In this document: positions 43,395-45,033 of the stretch, in pieces
Layout: every line of letters starts with the position of its first letter
Position numbering within the stretch: position 1 is the stretch's first letter
DNA from: a virus
Taxonomy: Duplodnaviria; Caudoviricetes
Reading direction: 5' to 3' (one strand)
Virus record (IMG/VR): IMGVR_UViG_3300049049_000047
Coordinates: 1 to 45,033 of that record
Length of the DNA stretch: 45,033 bases
The notes under the pieces: model-generated
Told to the model about the DNA's origin: nothing
Seen by the model: the letters and a program-made list of their open reading frames with translations, nothing else
Database searches by the model: none
Program-made: the position numbers and the translations under genes

Positions 43395-43760
43395 ATGGCA
43401 GAGACATTTGGAGAAGTTGACCCTACTGGTAAGAAGCCAAGCGAACCGGGTGCAAAGCTTGATGCAGGAAAGGCGCCGGTTCGTCGCGGGCTGTTGGAGC
43501 AATTCCCGCGTGCTTGCCTCGCTGTTGCCGAGGTGACGGCTTTTGGTGCGGCAAAGTACTCATGGGGCGGGTGGCAGACGGTCCCGGGTGGTGTGGATCG
43601 CTACGGAGATGCAGAGGCGCGCCACATCTGCAAGAAGGCCATTGAGGGCGACAGGGACGCGGATTCAGGCCTGCTTCACGCAGCGCATGAGGCGTGGAAT
43701 GCACTGGCAAGGCTGGAATTGATTCTCCGCGAGTGGGAGTCTGTGAAGAAGGTCAACTAA
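43395..43760 (+). CDS. dATP/dGTP diphosphohydrolase-domain protein (DUF5664-like)
   Basis: GAKLDAGK...V..FGAAKY...W...RY..A..RH...DADSGLLHAAHEAWNALARLEL. Confidence 0.85.
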   Translation: MAETFGEVDPTGKKPSEPGAKLDAGKAPVRRGLLEQFPRACLAVAEVTAFGAAKYSWGGWQTVPGGVDRYGDAEARHICKKAIEGDRDADSGLLHAAHEAWNALARLELILREWESVKKVN

Positions 43761-43771
43761 AGGAGGGTGGG

Positions 43772-44038
43772 ATGGAAATCGGACTGGAGCAAACGGGCTG
43801 GCCGCTGATAGAGCTTGGCTACGGAAAGATTGAAGTTGCAGAAGGCACGCAAGGCGACAAGCTTGCACTTATCTTTGGGCGCAACGGCACCGGGACGATT
43901 GGCGAGGCCACCCCTCCAAGCCGCCAAGCTACGCAGGGAGAGACGCTGGCAGTTGTCACATTTGCCAACGTGGAGAGCTTGGACGTGGTGTTGGACAAGC
44001 TGGTGGTCGTCCGAGACAAACTGATTAGCAGAGCATGA
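43772..44038 (+). CDS. Hypothetical protein
   Basis: AGGAGG SD. Confidence 0.65.
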   Translation: MEIGLEQTGWPLIELGYGKIEVAEGTQGDKLALIFGRNGTGTIGEATPPSRQATQGETLAVVTFANVESLDVVLDKLVVVRDKLISRA

Positions 44039-44379
44039 GCAAAAGCCAACTAGAAGAAGACTTCGCTCTGCAGGTCAAGGCAATCGGACTGCCAGATCCG
44101 GTGCGCGAGTTCAAGTTCCACCCGAGTCGGAAGTGGAAGATCGACTTTGCGTGGCCTGATCTGAAGCTGGCCGTCGAGCTTGAAGGCGGAATCTGGACGG
44201 GCGGCAGGCACACAAGCGGTGCTGGCTGGATAAAGGACGCCGAGAAGTACAACGAGCTGTCCCTGATGGGCTGGCGGCTCCTGAGGTATCACGGCGGAGC
44301 GGTCAAGGATGGATCGGCAATCGCTCAGGTTGAAGTGGCAATCAGGTTACTGGAGAAATTCGAGGGAGGGGCGGCGTGA
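44035..44379 (+). CDS. PD-(D/E)xK endonuclease (DUF559-like, resolvase position)
   Basis: EFKFHPSRKWKIDFAW...AVELEGGIW..GRH...D.EKYN...GWRLLR. Confidence 0.85.
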   Translation: MSKSQLEEDFALQVKAIGLPDPVREFKFHPSRKWKIDFAWPDLKLAVELEGGIWTGGRHTSGAGWIKDAEKYNELSLMGWRLLRYHGGAVKDGSAIAQVEVAIRLLEKFEGGAA

Positions 44380-44540
44380 TACCAGCGACACCGGAAAGAT
44401 TGCGCGAGAGGCGCAGAGAGCGGGAGATAGCGAAGGGGAGGCGCATGTTTGATGAGGCTGTGCTGAGGATACGTGAAGAGTTGAGCCTAAGCATGAAGAT
44501 AGCAGAGGCTTGGCGTAATGCAAAACTCGGGGATGGGTAG
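44376..44540 (+). CDS. Small basic protein (54 aa)
   Basis: GTGA coupling, GGAGG SD. Confidence 0.45.
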   Translation: MIPATPERLRERRREREIAKGRRMFDEAVLRIREELSLSMKIAEAWRNAKLGDG

Positions 44541-44692
44541 TGGTAGTGACCAAAACGAAATCCCTAGAAGCCATGCTCGCAGCCCTGACCGTGGGCGGGA
44601 GGCTGAATCCGGAGAAGAGCAGGGCGCAGGAGAAGCGGTATTAAGGCGATCCGGCAAACCACATCAAGTTCGACAGAGAGAAAGGGGCATAC

Positions 44693-45028
44693 ATGGATCA
44701 AATCAAGGAACTGCTACGCGAGTGGGCAAGCTGGCACCATGATCGCGTAACAGGCGGCTATCCGAGTCAGTCGGCGTTTGCGACTGAGCGGGTGCAAAAC
44801 AGTAATCGCTCGACGGACACGTACCGAGCAATGCCGGCGGAAATTGTGAAGTTGGAAAATGAGATCGAGCGCTTAGCACCGGGCTTTAAGAGAATCCTTG
44901 CCTTGGAATATCTGGATCGCAGACCGCAGAAGACGAAAGCGGCTCTGATGGGCATTCCGCGTCAAGTATTCTCGCAGCGCCTGCTGTGGATTCATGAGCA
45001 GTTGAACTTTACGATGTTTGGGAGGTGA
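44693..45028 (+). CDS. Q-like late antiterminator/regulator
   Basis: LLREWASW..., C-terminal HTH-like segment; last early-right position before the late promoter. Confidence 0.65.
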   Translation: MDQIKELLREWASWHHDRVTGGYPSQSAFATERVQNSNRSTDTYRAMPAEIVKLENEIERLAPGFKRILALEYLDRRPQKTKAALMGIPRQVFSQRLLWIHEQLNFTMFGR

Positions 45029-45033
45029 TATGG

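Noticed and set aside
44907-45033. 127-bp terminal repeat as a biological DTR
   Set aside because: 127 is a common assembler k-mer length and the repeat interrupts a gene; it indicates circularity rather than virion ends.
1-45033. CRISPR array, diversity-generating retroelement, invertible tail cassette or stop-codon recoding
   Set aside because: No repeat-spacer array, reverse transcriptase or invertase seen; core genes are intact in the standard code and use all three stop codons.

Overview
The window is an apparently complete circular temperate phage genome of about 44.9 kb. Bases 1-127 are identical to 44907-45033, which looks like an assembly overlap, and an intact attP carrying the 3' half of tRNA-His indicates the excised or virion form. 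The host is probably a proteobacterium, likely a betaproteobacterium (inference from the tRNA-His core, the LexA box and the Rz/Rz1 spanins). The layout is lambdoid/P22-like with a podovirus-type virion module. The rightward late operon encodes TerS, PBSX-type TerL, portal, a GroES-like co-chaperonin, scaffold, capsid, an extra head-fibre-like cassette, adaptor, gp10-like hub, three ejection proteins, tailspike, lysis genes and a metallophosphoesterase. The leftward early operon carries ERF, SSB, Gp157, xis, int, attP and further accessory genes. The immunity region has a CI with no peptidase domain, Cro and seven related operators, and the rightward early operon carries CII-like, replication initiator, dNTP diphosphohydrolase, nuclease and Q-like genes. 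The most unusual signal is a tRNA-Lys(CUU) at 35323-35503 (minus strand) whose D-loop is interrupted by a 108-nt structured insert. The insert holds a second, degenerate copy of the tRNA 5' half and a loop complementary to the true 5' half, and the gene lies in a ~440-nt non-coding block of hairpins. Other notable elements are a P22 sar-like antisense hairpin in front of a small hydrophobic peptide (type I TA-like), a sieA-position membrane moron, a putative LexA-controlled antirepressor overlapping cI in antisense, and an attP placement that puts accessory genes behind the host tRNA promoter after integration. All product calls come from motif recognition and synteny; no database search was run.
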